Shown piece after piece: positions 23,724 through 33,883 of a stretch of 64,000 bases of DNA. Both the position numbers and the translations under genes were made by a program. How positions within the stretch are numbered: the first letter of the stretch is position 1; each line of letters opens with the position of its first letter. The DNA comes from an uncultured Nitrososphaeraceae archaeon (GTDB taxonomy: Archaea > Thermoproteota > Nitrososphaeria > Nitrososphaerales > Nitrososphaeraceae), in the NCBI GenBank assembly GCA_963825865.1, contig CAWGVG010000014.1, positions 1 through 64,000 on the forward strand, read 5' to 3'. The notes below the pieces were generated by a model. That model had not been told where the DNA came from. It saw only the letters and a program-made list of their open reading frames with translations, and did no database searches.

Positions 23724-24125
23724 CACACGAATACCTCTAACCATTATTGAATACTTTTATTAAAATATTATGTATTGTAAACCAAATTCACGTTATATTT
23801 GATAGTTTGACATGCTTCTTTTAAATTCAGAATAGGATTCCACTTTAATATTACAGTATTTTACTCGATATAAGATGATATTTTCATGTAGGATAATAAA
23901 TTGAGACATTTTATTGAAAGACACCATGAATTAAAGCCAATTATATGTCTGAGGATAAATGGACCGCGAGTGCAATGATAGTCAAATGCCTCCCTGGAAA
24001 ACAGTTACTTATGTCAATATATAAAAAAAGATGGCAGAAACTAATCCTTTGAGATTAAACCAGTTCTTACGGCGAAGTGAGTCGAATACTATATTTTAGT
24101 CATATGTATTACTTTTTAATAACAT

Positions 24126-24566
24126 TTGCATCTGTTTGGAAAGAAAAAAAGCCTGTACTGTGCTAATTGCAATAAGGAGCTAAATCATAGGTACAAGCCT
24201 TTAAAGGAGTGGAACATCAATGGTCTTTTATGTGCCGATTGCCATATTGAGAAAACGAAAGAATTTGTTTTAAAAAAACAGGAGGAAAAAAGAAAGCTTG
24301 AAGACGTGTGTGCAATATGTAAAAAGGAGCTTATCCTTGAATTTGACAAAAATAGGCCGAGGTGGCAATGGAATATGGAAGCAGGAAGTATGCTTTGCAA
24401 AATTTGCTTTGATAAGAAGGAATTAGATTATGACAAACTAATGAACTTTTGTGTCTTATGTAATAAAAGAATCGGTCTAATTCGTTATAATCCCAAACCA
24501 AGGTGGAACGTTGAAGGACAGTTATGCAGAGATTGTTGGGATAAAAGAAATCAAATTAGGAAGTAA
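24126..24566 (+). CDS. Protein with three CxxC...CxxC zinc-binding repeats
   Basis: Three units of CxxC-x(n)-W-N-x-x-G-x-LCxxC. Confidence 0.75.
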   Translation: MHLFGKKKSLYCANCNKELNHRYKPLKEWNINGLLCADCHIEKTKEFVLKKQEEKRKLEDVCAICKKELILEFDKNRPRWQWNMEAGSMLCKICFDKKELDYDKLMNFCVLCNKRIGLIRYNPKPRWNVEGQLCRDCWDKRNQIRK

Positions 24567-24572
24567 AAATCT

Positions 24573-24776
24573 ATGTTCAAAAAATACGAATGTGAAACAT
24601 GCAGAAGGAAATTCAGAAAAATCGAGGAACTAATGCAACATGAGCAAGTAATACACGGAAAGGATTTGCCCTATGAATGTAAACGATGCCGTGTTAGCTT
24701 TACAGGAATGGAACAGATGCGTGACCACACAAAGAAATTTCATTCATATAACAAAATGAAAGAGGAAAATGAATAA
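24573..24776 (+). CDS. C2H2 zinc-finger protein
   Basis: Two CxxC-x12-H-x4-H fingers. Confidence 0.85.
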   Translation: MFKKYECETCRRKFRKIEELMQHEQVIHGKDLPYECKRCRVSFTGMEQMRDHTKKFHSYNKMKEENE

Positions 24777-24829
24777 GTCGTAGCGAGGTTGATTTTAGTA
24801 AAAACAATTAAAACCTATAATAGAACTTT

Positions 24830-26040
24830 TCAAAAATGAATCGTTTGAGGTCAGCCATACACCTGATTGTTAGGCTGGCCAATAAAATATCCGCTATATG
24901 CCTAAGTTATAAGTCAAGTGTCATAACTAATGTCGTCATACCATCTTCCAAATCGTTTGTCCAAATATTCTGATACTGCAGACTTTCTGGTCTTCCATAT
25001 GTTCATAGAATCTATTCGCACATACATCTGACTTTATTTGCTGGTTTACTTTCCTTTCATTCGGATTTAGGTATGGTGCTTTCTTTGGAAGGTGGATTAT
25101 GGTCAGCCCAGTCTTCTTTCTCTGTGCATTGATATAATTCCGTACCATTAGGCTTACATGATATGAAGCGTTATCCCATATGAGTACCAGTCTTTTCCAC
25201 CAATCATTTTTCATAATGTTTGTCTTGAGATTCTCTAGATGGTCGATAGTATTCGTAGAATCCATTTTATCATAGAAATCATACGTCATTAATTTCTCTT
25301 CAGGCCATACCATGGATATGTATGCAGAGAACTTCTTTCTACTACCAGTATGTTCTATCCTTTGTTGCTCACCTTCAAAACTCATGGATTTTCGAATACA
25401 AGGTTTCTGTGTTATAATAGTCTCATCTTCAAATGCTACTACAACTCCCTTTTTTTCAGAGCTGAAGCTATCTGTTTGTAGTTTTGCACTTTCTCTTTTC
25501 CCTCTTCATAATCCTCTCCTCCATGTAGCAATTCCAGTTTTGGCCTTTTGCACCTAACTCCTAAATCTTTTGTTATTCGCTGCCATGTGCTTGAAACTGA
25601 TTGGGATTCCTAGCTCATTTGTCAGACAGTTTGCAAGTGATTTCAGACTCCATGTATTTCTAAGATAACCAAAGATGTGCGGGTCGTTAAATAATGCTGA
25701 TAGAATAATCTCTCTGTTTTCATCTGTTATGCCAGATTTTGTTCCGCCAGGTTTCTTCATCTTTATTCTATCTATCCCACTTTGGATATAAGCGAGCAAC
25801 CCATCTCTGTACAGACCTGCTGCTGACTCCGTGTTCATTTGCTATGTCTTCGTAAGTTCTACCTTCAGCTTTTTGGAGTATAGCCAGTAGCCTGCGGTAT
25901 TCTTTTTTGTTACCCGTATTCTTCATAAATGACTTTAATTTGTTCCTCTGTCCTATGGTAAGTTTGAGTTTGAAAGGATGATTCACAGAATGAAAATATC
26001 TCCTTTGCTAAGCTTTAACTATTTCCAAATCTAGGTTATG
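24830..26040 (-). mobile_element. IS630-family element, multiply frameshifted transposase (boundaries approximate)
   Basis: HTH RRLLAIL...YEDIA..HGVS.RSVQRW; FEDET; LIWDNASYH; LPKKAPYLNPNE. Confidence 0.85.
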
Positions 26041-26172
26041 TAATGAACAAATAACGACATAAATTCAGACACTTCACTTAGTTAATATATCACTCCTCGA
26101 TCCGGACCATGAATAATGGGATATTTATCTCCGCCGGTGTCCTTAAATTACCCTAATCAACCTTGTGTTTAT

Positions 26173-26451
26173 ATGAAAATGCAGAAGGAACTGAGCAAGT
26201 TCTGTCCTAAATGCAAGACCCATACAGTCCAAGCAGTGGCCATATACAAGAAAGGTAAGGATCGAAAGACTGCAGAGGGTGCACGCCGGCACGCAGAAGA
26301 CAAAAAAGGATACGGAGGACAAAAGTTCCCAGAATTGAAGAGAACTGCCAAGACAACAAAAAAAATTACTTTGCGTTATACTTGTAAAAATTGTCAGAGA
26401 AAGACAATGAAGCAAGGTATGAGAATGCGTAAATTGGAGATCCAACCATAG
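26173..26451 (+). CDS. rpl44e: 50S ribosomal protein L44e
   Basis: FCPKCKTH, KGYGGQKFP, AKTTKK, CKNC. Confidence 0.96.
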   Translation: MKMQKELSKFCPKCKTHTVQAVAIYKKGKDRKTAEGARRHAEDKKGYGGQKFPELKRTAKTTKKITLRYTCKNCQRKTMKQGMRMRKLEIQP

Positions 26452-26462
26452 AAAAGGTGTTC

Positions 26463-26663
26463 ATGGTGCGTAGAAACAATATAATGATTCCAAAACCACG
26501 CAGTAACTTTCTGTCTATTCAATGCACAGAATGTGAAGAAAAGAAAATTATATTTACTCACACAACAACAGACATTCATTGCAAAAATTGTGGTCAACTA
26601 ATTGCTAAAACGGCAGGTTCTAGGGCAAATATTCTGGGTAAAGTTTTGAACACCCTTGACTAA
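26463..26663 (+). CDS. rps27e: 30S ribosomal protein S27e
   Basis: PKPRSNFLSIQCTEC...CKNCG. Confidence 0.95.
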   Translation: MVRRNNIMIPKPRSNFLSIQCTECEEKKIIFTHTTTDIHCKNCGQLIAKTAGSRANILGKVLNTLD

Positions 26664-26668
26664 CTACA

Positions 26669-27280
26669 CTAAAGCAGTCTTTCTGCAACCTCAAGTTCCT
26701 CTCTTGTATTTACATTGACAGCAATTTCCTTTTCATTCATTATCAGATAATACTCCTCTAACTTACAATCATCATCAATTTTCGAGGAATCAATGATGTT
26801 TATACCAGAATGACAATATTCTTTTGCTCCAATTGTGATTACTACACTTGGTTTTATACCTATGCTCTGAACGTACTGCTTTTCTGAAACTATAGAAATA
26901 CATGGTAGTTGAGGCAAGCAACTGTAAATGATATTCTGAACAATTTTTGGATTTAATAATGGAAGATCTGACGATACTACAAAAACCATGGCTGGTTTTA
27001 GGTTCTTGAGAACCATACATAGATCTCTGGAATAACTTGTTCCTTCAGTCTCTATCACGTCGATTAGATCAGGTGAACAATAACTAAGAAATGCGCTTGT
27101 TTTTGGTGTATTAGAACTTGATACTCCTACAATTCTTCCGAATTTTTTAGACGCTGCAAGTGCATGCAGGACATGTTCAATCATAGTTTTATCCTTTAAT
27201 TTTAATAATGGTTTTTCAAAATCGGCAGAGTGTCTCATCCGACTTCCTTTACCACCACACATTATAGCAGCTACCATCAT
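26669..27280 (-). CDS. cobY: NTP-transferase, CobY-like (adenosylcobinamide-phosphate guanylyltransferase)
   Basis: MCGGKGSRM...EKPLL, SDLP, NVNT motifs. Confidence 0.75.
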   Translation of the reverse strand: MMVAAIMCGGKGSRMRHSADFEKPLLKLKDKTMIEHVLHALAASKKFGRIVGVSSSNTPKTSAFLSYCSPDLIDVIETEGTSYSRDLCMVLKNLKPAMVFVVSSDLPLLNPKIVQNIIYSCLPQLPCISIVSEKQYVQSIGIKPSVVITIGAKEYCHSGINIIDSSKIDDDCKLEEYYLIMNEKEIAVNVNTREELEVAERLL

Positions 27281-27478
27281 CTCATGTTACAAACTACTAG
27301 AATTACCGAAATATATGCAATATGGCGAGCAACTTCGTTGACAATAATGATTGCTGTATCACTAGAAGAAAGATCTTTTAAAACAGAGAAACATAACATT
27401 GAATTATAATAACTATAATAACAACAATCAACACTACCGGGGTCATTTGGAATGAGGGATTTTTATCATACAGTAAAA

Positions 27479-27895
27479 TTATTTATTGCCTTTTATAGGA
27501 ACCAGCCAGTCCGTAAATGTGTCTAGTTCCTCACAATCTATATTAACCTTTATCGGCCCTAATGGCGACTCGCGTTCATCTTCAACTGTTACCACAATTC
27601 CAGCAGATGCTGCCTGCTTATTTAAAAGAAACCAACTTGTATCTGCTATTCGGTTATCAATCAACATCCTTCGCAGGACACCCATTGCAGATCTAGATCT
27701 GATCTGCTCATAAATTGTTCTCAATGGTGCGCTTCCAATAGATCTAGCAATAACTCTGTTTCCATATCTGAGCTCTGGATAGCATTTGTCAATGACATTA
27801 GTGATAGCGGAAATTACTTTCTCATAATGTTCAGAAGGGTTTACAAGAGCCTCCACTTTTAATTCAATTTTAGCTTTGACCGGCGATTCTTGCAT
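27479..27895 (-). CDS. DUF54/UPF0201 putative RNA-binding protein
   Basis: VNPSE, LNKQAA, SPLGPI. Confidence 0.85.
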   Translation of the reverse strand: MQESPVKAKIELKVEALVNPSEHYEKVISAITNVIDKCYPELRYGNRVIARSIGSAPLRTIYEQIRSRSAMGVLRRMLIDNRIADTSWFLLNKQAASAGIVVTVEDERESPLGPIKVNIDCEELDTFTDWLVPIKGNK

Positions 27896-27917
27896 TGGTT
27901 ATATACCAATAATAGTT

Positions 27918-28523
27918 TTACTCATTATTATCCTCATCAATTTCATCAATCCATTTTTGAATTAATGCAAAGGCTTTTCCCTTTAATTGTCCTATTGTTT
28001 GATTATTGTTAGATACTGCATCATCAGCCAAAGCAATTGCTTCACTCACTCCTATTTTCAACTCACGTTTATCTCGTGTGATAAGTTCCTCTATAATTGA
28101 TGGTGCATCTGTTCTAGCTCTCTCCTTTAGATGTCCAAATCTTGTATTTGTTGATGCGTGAATTGCAAGTAACTTAACATGGCCAACAGTTTTTAATACT
28201 TCAACTTCAGGAATACTCCGTATACCATCAATAACCACATTGCCTATGTTGATACCATTATCGATGTCTCTTTGCATTTTTCTTAAAACTAAATGGGCGA
28301 CTGCTCCTGGACCTAAATCGCAGCGTAATTTTATCATTAAATTACCTAAATTAGTATCTGTCGGCTCTAAATCTTGTCGTTTAGCCTCCTCCCTTACGAT
28401 ATCTCCCATCGTCATTAATGAAAATCCTTTTTCCTTAAGTGAAGCTGCAACGGTGGATTTGCCAGAGCCAGGCATTCCTGTTAAGCATACAATAAGCCGC
28501 TTGATTTTCATTTCTAAATTCAT
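27918..28523 (-). CDS. P-loop kinase, UPF0200/dephospho-CoA-kinase-like
   Basis: GMPGSGKS, MGDIVREEA, IDGIRS, RDKRELKIG. Confidence 0.85.
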   Translation of the reverse strand: MNLEMKIKRLIVCLTGMPGSGKSTVAASLKEKGFSLMTMGDIVREEAKRQDLEPTDTNLGNLMIKLRCDLGPGAVAHLVLRKMQRDIDNGINIGNVVIDGIRSIPEVEVLKTVGHVKLLAIHASTNTRFGHLKERARTDAPSIIEELITRDKRELKIGVSEAIALADDAVSNNNQTIGQLKGKAFALIQKWIDEIDEDNNE

Positions 28524-28715
28524 TCATTCTTCTTGTTTCTTGTTTTTTAACATATATTTAATCATCTAACAATAACGCCACTTTATGATCATTGTTGGTT
28601 TTATGGAATAATCAATAGATGTGATAATATGCCTAAGGGTCACTATTTTGCTATTTATAGTCTCTATTCAGATATTCTTATAATTCCATGATATGTATAA
28701 CACAATCAAAATAGA

Positions 28716-29291
28716 TTGAGTTATTTGAATCACATACGGACATTTGTTGCTCTGGATGTATCCAATAAGACAGCAATTGAGAAACTGCAGGAGGAATTAG
28801 CAAACGTTGCTAGATGGGGTCCACAGGAAGTCAAACCAATTGAAAAACAGAATTTTCATTTTACTCTTATTTTCCTTGGTGAAGTAGACCTAGGTACAAT
28901 TGATAAAATCAAAGGTAAATTATCAGAACTACAATTTGAGCCAATTAAAATAAGTTACACAGGTCTCGGGGGATTTCCAAACCCAAGCTTTGCTAGAGTT
29001 GTTTGGATTGGTGTAGATGAAGAAGGAAGAAAAAAACTTGATAGTCTTGCAGAAAAGGTCACATCAAAAATGGCTGATATTGGTCTTACATCAAACAAGC
29101 CATTTAGTCCCCATATCACATTATTTCGCATAAAAAGGGGTGAATTGAAGATACCACGACAAATACTGTCTAAATATAACGCCATAACCTTTGGTCCTCC
29201 TGACATTATTGACAAAATACATATGAAGAGAAGCAAACTGACTCAAACAGGCCCAATTTATTCTAATATATTTACGGTGTACGCAAAATGA
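28716..29291 (+). CDS. thpR: RNA 2',3'-cyclic phosphodiesterase (2H family)
   Basis: HFTL and HITL 2H motifs; RTFVA N-terminus. Confidence 0.93.
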   Translation: MSYLNHIRTFVALDVSNKTAIEKLQEELANVARWGPQEVKPIEKQNFHFTLIFLGEVDLGTIDKIKGKLSELQFEPIKISYTGLGGFPNPSFARVVWIGVDEEGRKKLDSLAEKVTSKMADIGLTSNKPFSPHITLFRIKRGELKIPRQILSKYNAITFGPPDIIDKIHMKRSKLTQTGPIYSNIFTVYAK

Positions 29292-30658
29292 CTTCACTGA
29301 GGCATATCATATCTAAAGCATTACAATGCTGCGAGCCATCTCTTAAGGAAATTAAAAAAATAAATACAGTTGCAAACGAAACAAAAAAACTTGTTAATAA
29401 ATATTCTTGCCCAAAAATAGTAGACGTCGTTTTTGGGGGATCATTTGCGAAAGGAACATGGTTGAAAGGAGATGCAGATATAGACATCTTCATAAAAATA
29501 AATCCTTCCGTTGATGATGAAGAATTTGAGCAAATTGGTAAAAAAGTTGGATTGGAGTCACTGAAAAGTTACAAAACATATCTCCGTTACTCTGACCACC
29601 CTTATGTTGAGGCATTTGTAAAAGGAATTAGAGTCAATGTTGTGCCATGTTATAACGTGGAAAAAGGCAAATGGAAAAGTGCCGCTGATAGATCCCCATT
29701 TCATACTGAATATATCAATAACAATTTAGATGAAGAAAAAAGAAAACAGGTTAGACTATTAAAGAAGTTTTTAAAGTCTGTTGGAGTATACGGAGCTGAA
29801 ATAGCTACAAACGGTTTTAGTGGGTATGTTGCAGAGATTTTAATTTTGAAGTATGGTTCCTTTGAGACAGCATTACAAGCACTATCAAATGTCGGAGGAG
29901 AAAAAAATGTAATCGCTATAGGCAAGGCTGATCAAGACATATTAGAATCTTTTCATGGACCTATTATCATAATTGATCCAATTGATCCTAGAAGAAATTT
30001 AGGTGCAGCAATTTCTGCAGAGAGTATTGGTAAGCTTGTACTTGCAGCTCGAGCAATTTTGGCAAAGCCATCGCTAGATTTTTTTAAAGAAAAAGAAAAA
30101 GAAAAAAAATATGCTGAGGTTTCTAAAAAGCTCTATGCAAATTTACTCATAGTTGAATTTACTTATCTCAAACGCAGTCCAGACGTGATTTGGGGTCAGC
30201 TGAAAAGCAGTCTGAATGCGATGTCAAAACAGCTAAAGCTAGCTGATTTTAGGGTAATTCGAAGTATATGCCTAACAGATGAGGAAAACTCTGCTGCGTT
30301 GGTATTCTTGTTAGAATCAATTACTTTACCGCCATATGCTGAAAAGATTGGTCCAGAAATCCATAGGAGAAATGCTACTGCGAATTTCATTTCAAAGAAT
30401 AATAAAGAGGCTTTATTGATGTGGATTGACCGAGAAATGAAAGTCAAAAGTTTAGTTAAGAGGAAGGCCACAGATGCAAAAGATTATCTCAGACCACTGT
30501 TGACTAAAAGAATTGAAGATAAAGGAATTAAAACGGAGCCAATAGAAGATACTACAGGGGCAATTCTTATTTATACGGGAGATGAGCGAAAAATAAAGGG
30601 GCTAGTAAAGAATGCAGTCTACAAGCTTATCACAACAGAGTCCAATATTTTCCAATAA
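29288..30658 (+). CDS. cca: Archaeal CCA-adding enzyme
   Basis: GSFAKGTWL...DIDIF, SAADRSPFHT, GFSGY, DPIDPRRN. Confidence 0.96.
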   Translation: MTSLRHIISKALQCCEPSLKEIKKINTVANETKKLVNKYSCPKIVDVVFGGSFAKGTWLKGDADIDIFIKINPSVDDEEFEQIGKKVGLESLKSYKTYLRYSDHPYVEAFVKGIRVNVVPCYNVEKGKWKSAADRSPFHTEYINNNLDEEKRKQVRLLKKFLKSVGVYGAEIATNGFSGYVAEILILKYGSFETALQALSNVGGEKNVIAIGKADQDILESFHGPIIIIDPIDPRRNLGAAISAESIGKLVLAARAILAKPSLDFFKEKEKEKKYAEVSKKLYANLLIVEFTYLKRSPDVIWGQLKSSLNAMSKQLKLADFRVIRSICLTDEENSAALVFLLESITLPPYAEKIGPEIHRRNATANFISKNNKEALLMWIDREMKVKSLVKRKATDAKDYLRPLLTKRIEDKGIKTEPIEDTTGAILIYTGDERKIKGLVKNAVYKLITTESNIFQ

Positions 30659-31392
30659 ATTTGCTATAGGTTCACCCGAACTTGCTACTATTATTTCATA
30701 TCCACAGCTGAACTATAAAGAATATGATAATCGCCTGAAGGAACTATATTCACTCGAAATTGGGTATGTTTTAGCGGTGGGAAGACTAAAGATCGGTAAA
30801 ATACCCATTGCAGGCAAAGGCTGCGTGAGCCTTGTATTAAAAGCACAGATTAAAAATAAAATTTGTGCTCTTAAAATAAGAAGAACTGATGCAAATAGAA
30901 AGACAATGGAAAGGGAAGTATCCTTACATCAAATAGCAAACTCAGCAGGCGTCGGACCTAGTATCTTTAGATACTCAAATAATTATATTGTGATGGAGTT
31001 TATTGATGGTTTGAGCATAATTGATTGGGTTAAACAGAGGACTATTACGGCCGATCAGGTTCGCAACCTTGCTATCGACATACTAGAGCAGTGTTACAAC
31101 CTAGACAGAGTACATATAGATCATGGAGAACTAAGTTGTCTAGATCATCATGTAATTGTTTCAAAGTCTAATGCTGCCAACATCATTGACTTTGAAAGCT
31201 CCAGGTACTCAACGAAGGACGTGTAATGTAACAGCGGCAGCCCAATCGCTATTTCTAAATGGGCCAATCTCGAAAAGGATGAATGAACTCGTACATTTTA
31301 ATAAAAGAGAAAAAATCATCCAGGCATTAAAGATCTATAAGTGGAATCAAAACAGAACCAACTTTCACAATATTGTGAGCACGGTTTGGTAG
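30612..31392 (+). CDS. Atypical (RIO/Bud32-like) Ser/Thr protein kinase, frameshift near 31204
   Basis: GKG, ALKIRR, MEFIDG, HGEL, IIDFES. Confidence 0.85.
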
Positions 31393-31579
31393 CTCAAGCG
31401 ACATATAGATAAGTGAATATAATAAATTGCATGAGAAAGGATAACCCTCAATTAGTGATTTTGTTATACTTGATAAATCTGTGTGAAAGCATTTTAAGGT
31501 TAATGTGAACTGTATCAATGACGTACTAGGCGCAACTATAGAGCAAATTCATACAGAGAGTGCAGAAGAAAATCAAACG

Positions 31580-32012
31580 TTATCACAATTGTTTGCCCTT
31601 CTGTGATAAAGTTAACAGACGTGATAAGAGTGATAAGAGTGATAAAAGTTTTCAGAGTGATAACTCATACTCATGCTAGATGATAACCATATTTTACGTG
31701 ATAAGGATCTTGTGACAAGAATCTTGGTTAGTGATAACATTCTATAAAGTGATAACAAAATTTTCCAGAAAAAATTGATCAAAAAAAGTTTGTTTTTTGC
31801 CAGTTTTAGCCACTTTTATACAAACCGTTATAAAATTAAAAAATATATGATAGTAAGTAAAACAAAAACTGGGAGAAATCTCTTCACATAAATTTGTTGT
31901 GTGTATCAATTAAAACTAATTGAGGTCTAAAAAATACACGCCTTAAGGCATTTTATGCTCAGCCTTAAAAAGAATCAGGATTTACCTTGCGTGATAAGTG
32001 ATAAAGTGATAA
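31580..32012. repeat. Cluster of 12 perfect GTGATAA heptamers around an AT-rich tract (iteron-like)
   Basis: Copies at 31580 (inverted), 31603, 31621, 31630, 31639, 31657, 31698, 31731, 31749, 31991, 31998, 32006, plus near matches at 31680 and 31712. Confidence 0.85.
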
Positions 32013-32461
32013 ATGTCAACACCTAACACTAAGCCTAAGAAAAACAAACTGACACCAGTTGGTTTCAGAGTTAATGACGAAGCATATGATTATGTAAAGA
32101 AATTTGTCTGGTTGATTCAGAAGCATATGATTATGTAAAGAAATTTGTCTGGTTGATGATTCATACATGGAATGAAGATGATGGAGCAGAAAAGGTTGCC
32201 GCCGTACTGAATGATGGAGTAAAATCAAGATTAGACCATATCACAATTCCAGAAGTTGAAGCACTAAGACCTCTAGTGAAAAAGTATGGTAGGTATGAAG
32301 TTGTAGAGCCTGACAAGAAATTCAAGGCTGAAAAACTACCACAAAAGCAAGACGTTAAAAATAATGAAACTGTAACTCCGCAGATGAGTGCTCCAGATTT
32401 TACTAATCAGCCAATTCCAACATTTGGACAAACTAATGCATGCCAAAACAGCCCGCAGTAA
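32013..32461 (+). pseudogene. Protein with RHH-like N-terminus, interrupted by a 41-bp tandem duplication
   Basis: Removing 32079-32119 joins MSTPNTKPKKNKLTPVGFRVNDEAYDYVKKFVWL in frame to ORF 32153-32461. Confidence 0.6.
32079..32157 (+). repeat. Tandem duplication with 41-bp period
   Basis: GAAGCATATGATTATGTAAAGAAATTTGTCTGGTTGAT at 32079 and 32120. Confidence 0.95.
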
Positions 32462-32998
32462 TGGGTAATCCAGTAGATAGCATTTTAGCTTGGGTTCTAG
32501 ACAAAATGCCGAAAATTCACTATTCAAAGATTGAATCATTCTTACTTCTATTCCAAGCATCGCAGAATTATTTCATGGGTAATTCTATGGTTCTGAATAC
32601 AATGATTAGAGATTATTTTGGAGATCAGAATGGTCAGATTGCTTTTGATACGTTCTCACAGATGGTAAAACAAAATCTTCCTCCAAATCAACAGTTAGGA
32701 GGTACCTGAATATTAAACAGGATGAGGTAACAATGGTAACATGTATGGTGGAGGTTCCATGATGGGCGGCGCCATGGGAATGCAAAATCCATACTTACAA
32801 AACAATCAGTATGTACAGATGGGTATCTTACCTCCAGGAATTGATCCTTCATCTCCATATGATCTGATTTTTACAAAAAAAAGCAAAGACAGCAAAAGAT
32901 GAAGAATTTGAAGCCAGAATGCGTCGTGTCATGAACATGAAGATGATGGACGTAATGGGTACCAATGGAGGCAATAGTGCTAATGGAAGACTTAAGGT
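32440..32998 (+). pseudogene. Hypothetical M/G/Q/N-rich protein, frameshifted and truncated
   Basis: ORF 32440-32709, then MMGGAMGMQNPYLQNNQYVQMG and EEFEARMRRVMNMKMMDVMG segments. Confidence 0.45.
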
Positions 32999-33022
32999 AA
33001 GTATGTTTTTAGGTAAGATTAA

Positions 33023-33538
33023 TTAATTGCTTATTTCTTGAATTAACATCTTTACTGTATTGATGTCAAGATCGAGCTGATCGGCTATCATGTCCTCAGC
33101 AATACCAGAGTCATGAAGATTTCTTACTATTTCTTTCTTTTCTTTGTTTATTATATTTGATGGCGGATATAGTAAAAGCTCTGATTCAACAGTTTGAATA
33201 TATTGTGAGACCTTTTCTACTAGATCTTCTGAATTGGCAACTTCATCGGCTGAAAATACAAGCACATGTTCTTTTACTGGCATACTTAACATTTTTACTT
33301 TATCATAAGTATAAATAACATATCTTAAATTTCCCAATTCTGTTGTAAACATTTTTCTTAAGTCTACGATATAGGCAGATTGGGCCAAACTTAACTCGGG
33401 ATTTTTTCCCTTGAGATGTTCTTCAATGCCAGTCCTCACACTCCCAGCGTACAAGCGGCCAGATTTTTCAACTATTCCGGCAAACCTGATGTTAGAGTCG
33501 AGATTCAAAATATTTTTAGAAAATTGTTCCGATTTCAT
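33023..33538 (-). CDS. Roadblock/profilin-like sensor domain fused to a C-terminal HTH
   Basis: ILNLDSNIRFAGIV...LGNLRYVIYTYDKV; C-terminal EDMIADQLDLDINTV. Confidence 0.65.
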   Translation of the reverse strand: MKSEQFSKNILNLDSNIRFAGIVEKSGRLYAGSVRTGIEEHLKGKNPELSLAQSAYIVDLRKMFTTELGNLRYVIYTYDKVKMLSMPVKEHVLVFSADEVANSEDLVEKVSQYIQTVESELLLYPPSNIINKEKKEIVRNLHDSGIAEDMIADQLDLDINTVKMLIQEISN

Positions 33539-33883
33539 ATAATGTAATCTGTTAAAATTAATAGATCATATAGTCTTTTTGCATAAAGGCGAATGTTTTG
33601 CTAAATGATTCGTTTTTTGAGAATACAAAATAGCATAAATCATTTCTCACAACATAGGAAGTTTATATTCTATTTGATAATAAATATAATAGCATTACAT
33701 TTGATTGTATTCATGTTAATTGTATTAGCACCTTTTGATTATCTGCTTGATGTCAAATGAATATATTTATCCCCTCGTCAGTCTATCTCTGCATTTTCCT
33801 ATAGATATTATTTCGTTACATGTTTAGTCACTTATGACTCGTATCCTGATAAACAATCGAGCTTTACTATCACATTAATAGTG

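Noticed and set aside
31580-32012. Chromosomal replication origin (oriC)
   Set aside because: No ORB consensus and no adjacent orc1/cdc6 gene.
32079-32160. Possible CRISPR mini-array
   Set aside because: Only two adjacent copies with no spacer, inside an ORF, and no cas genes in the window.
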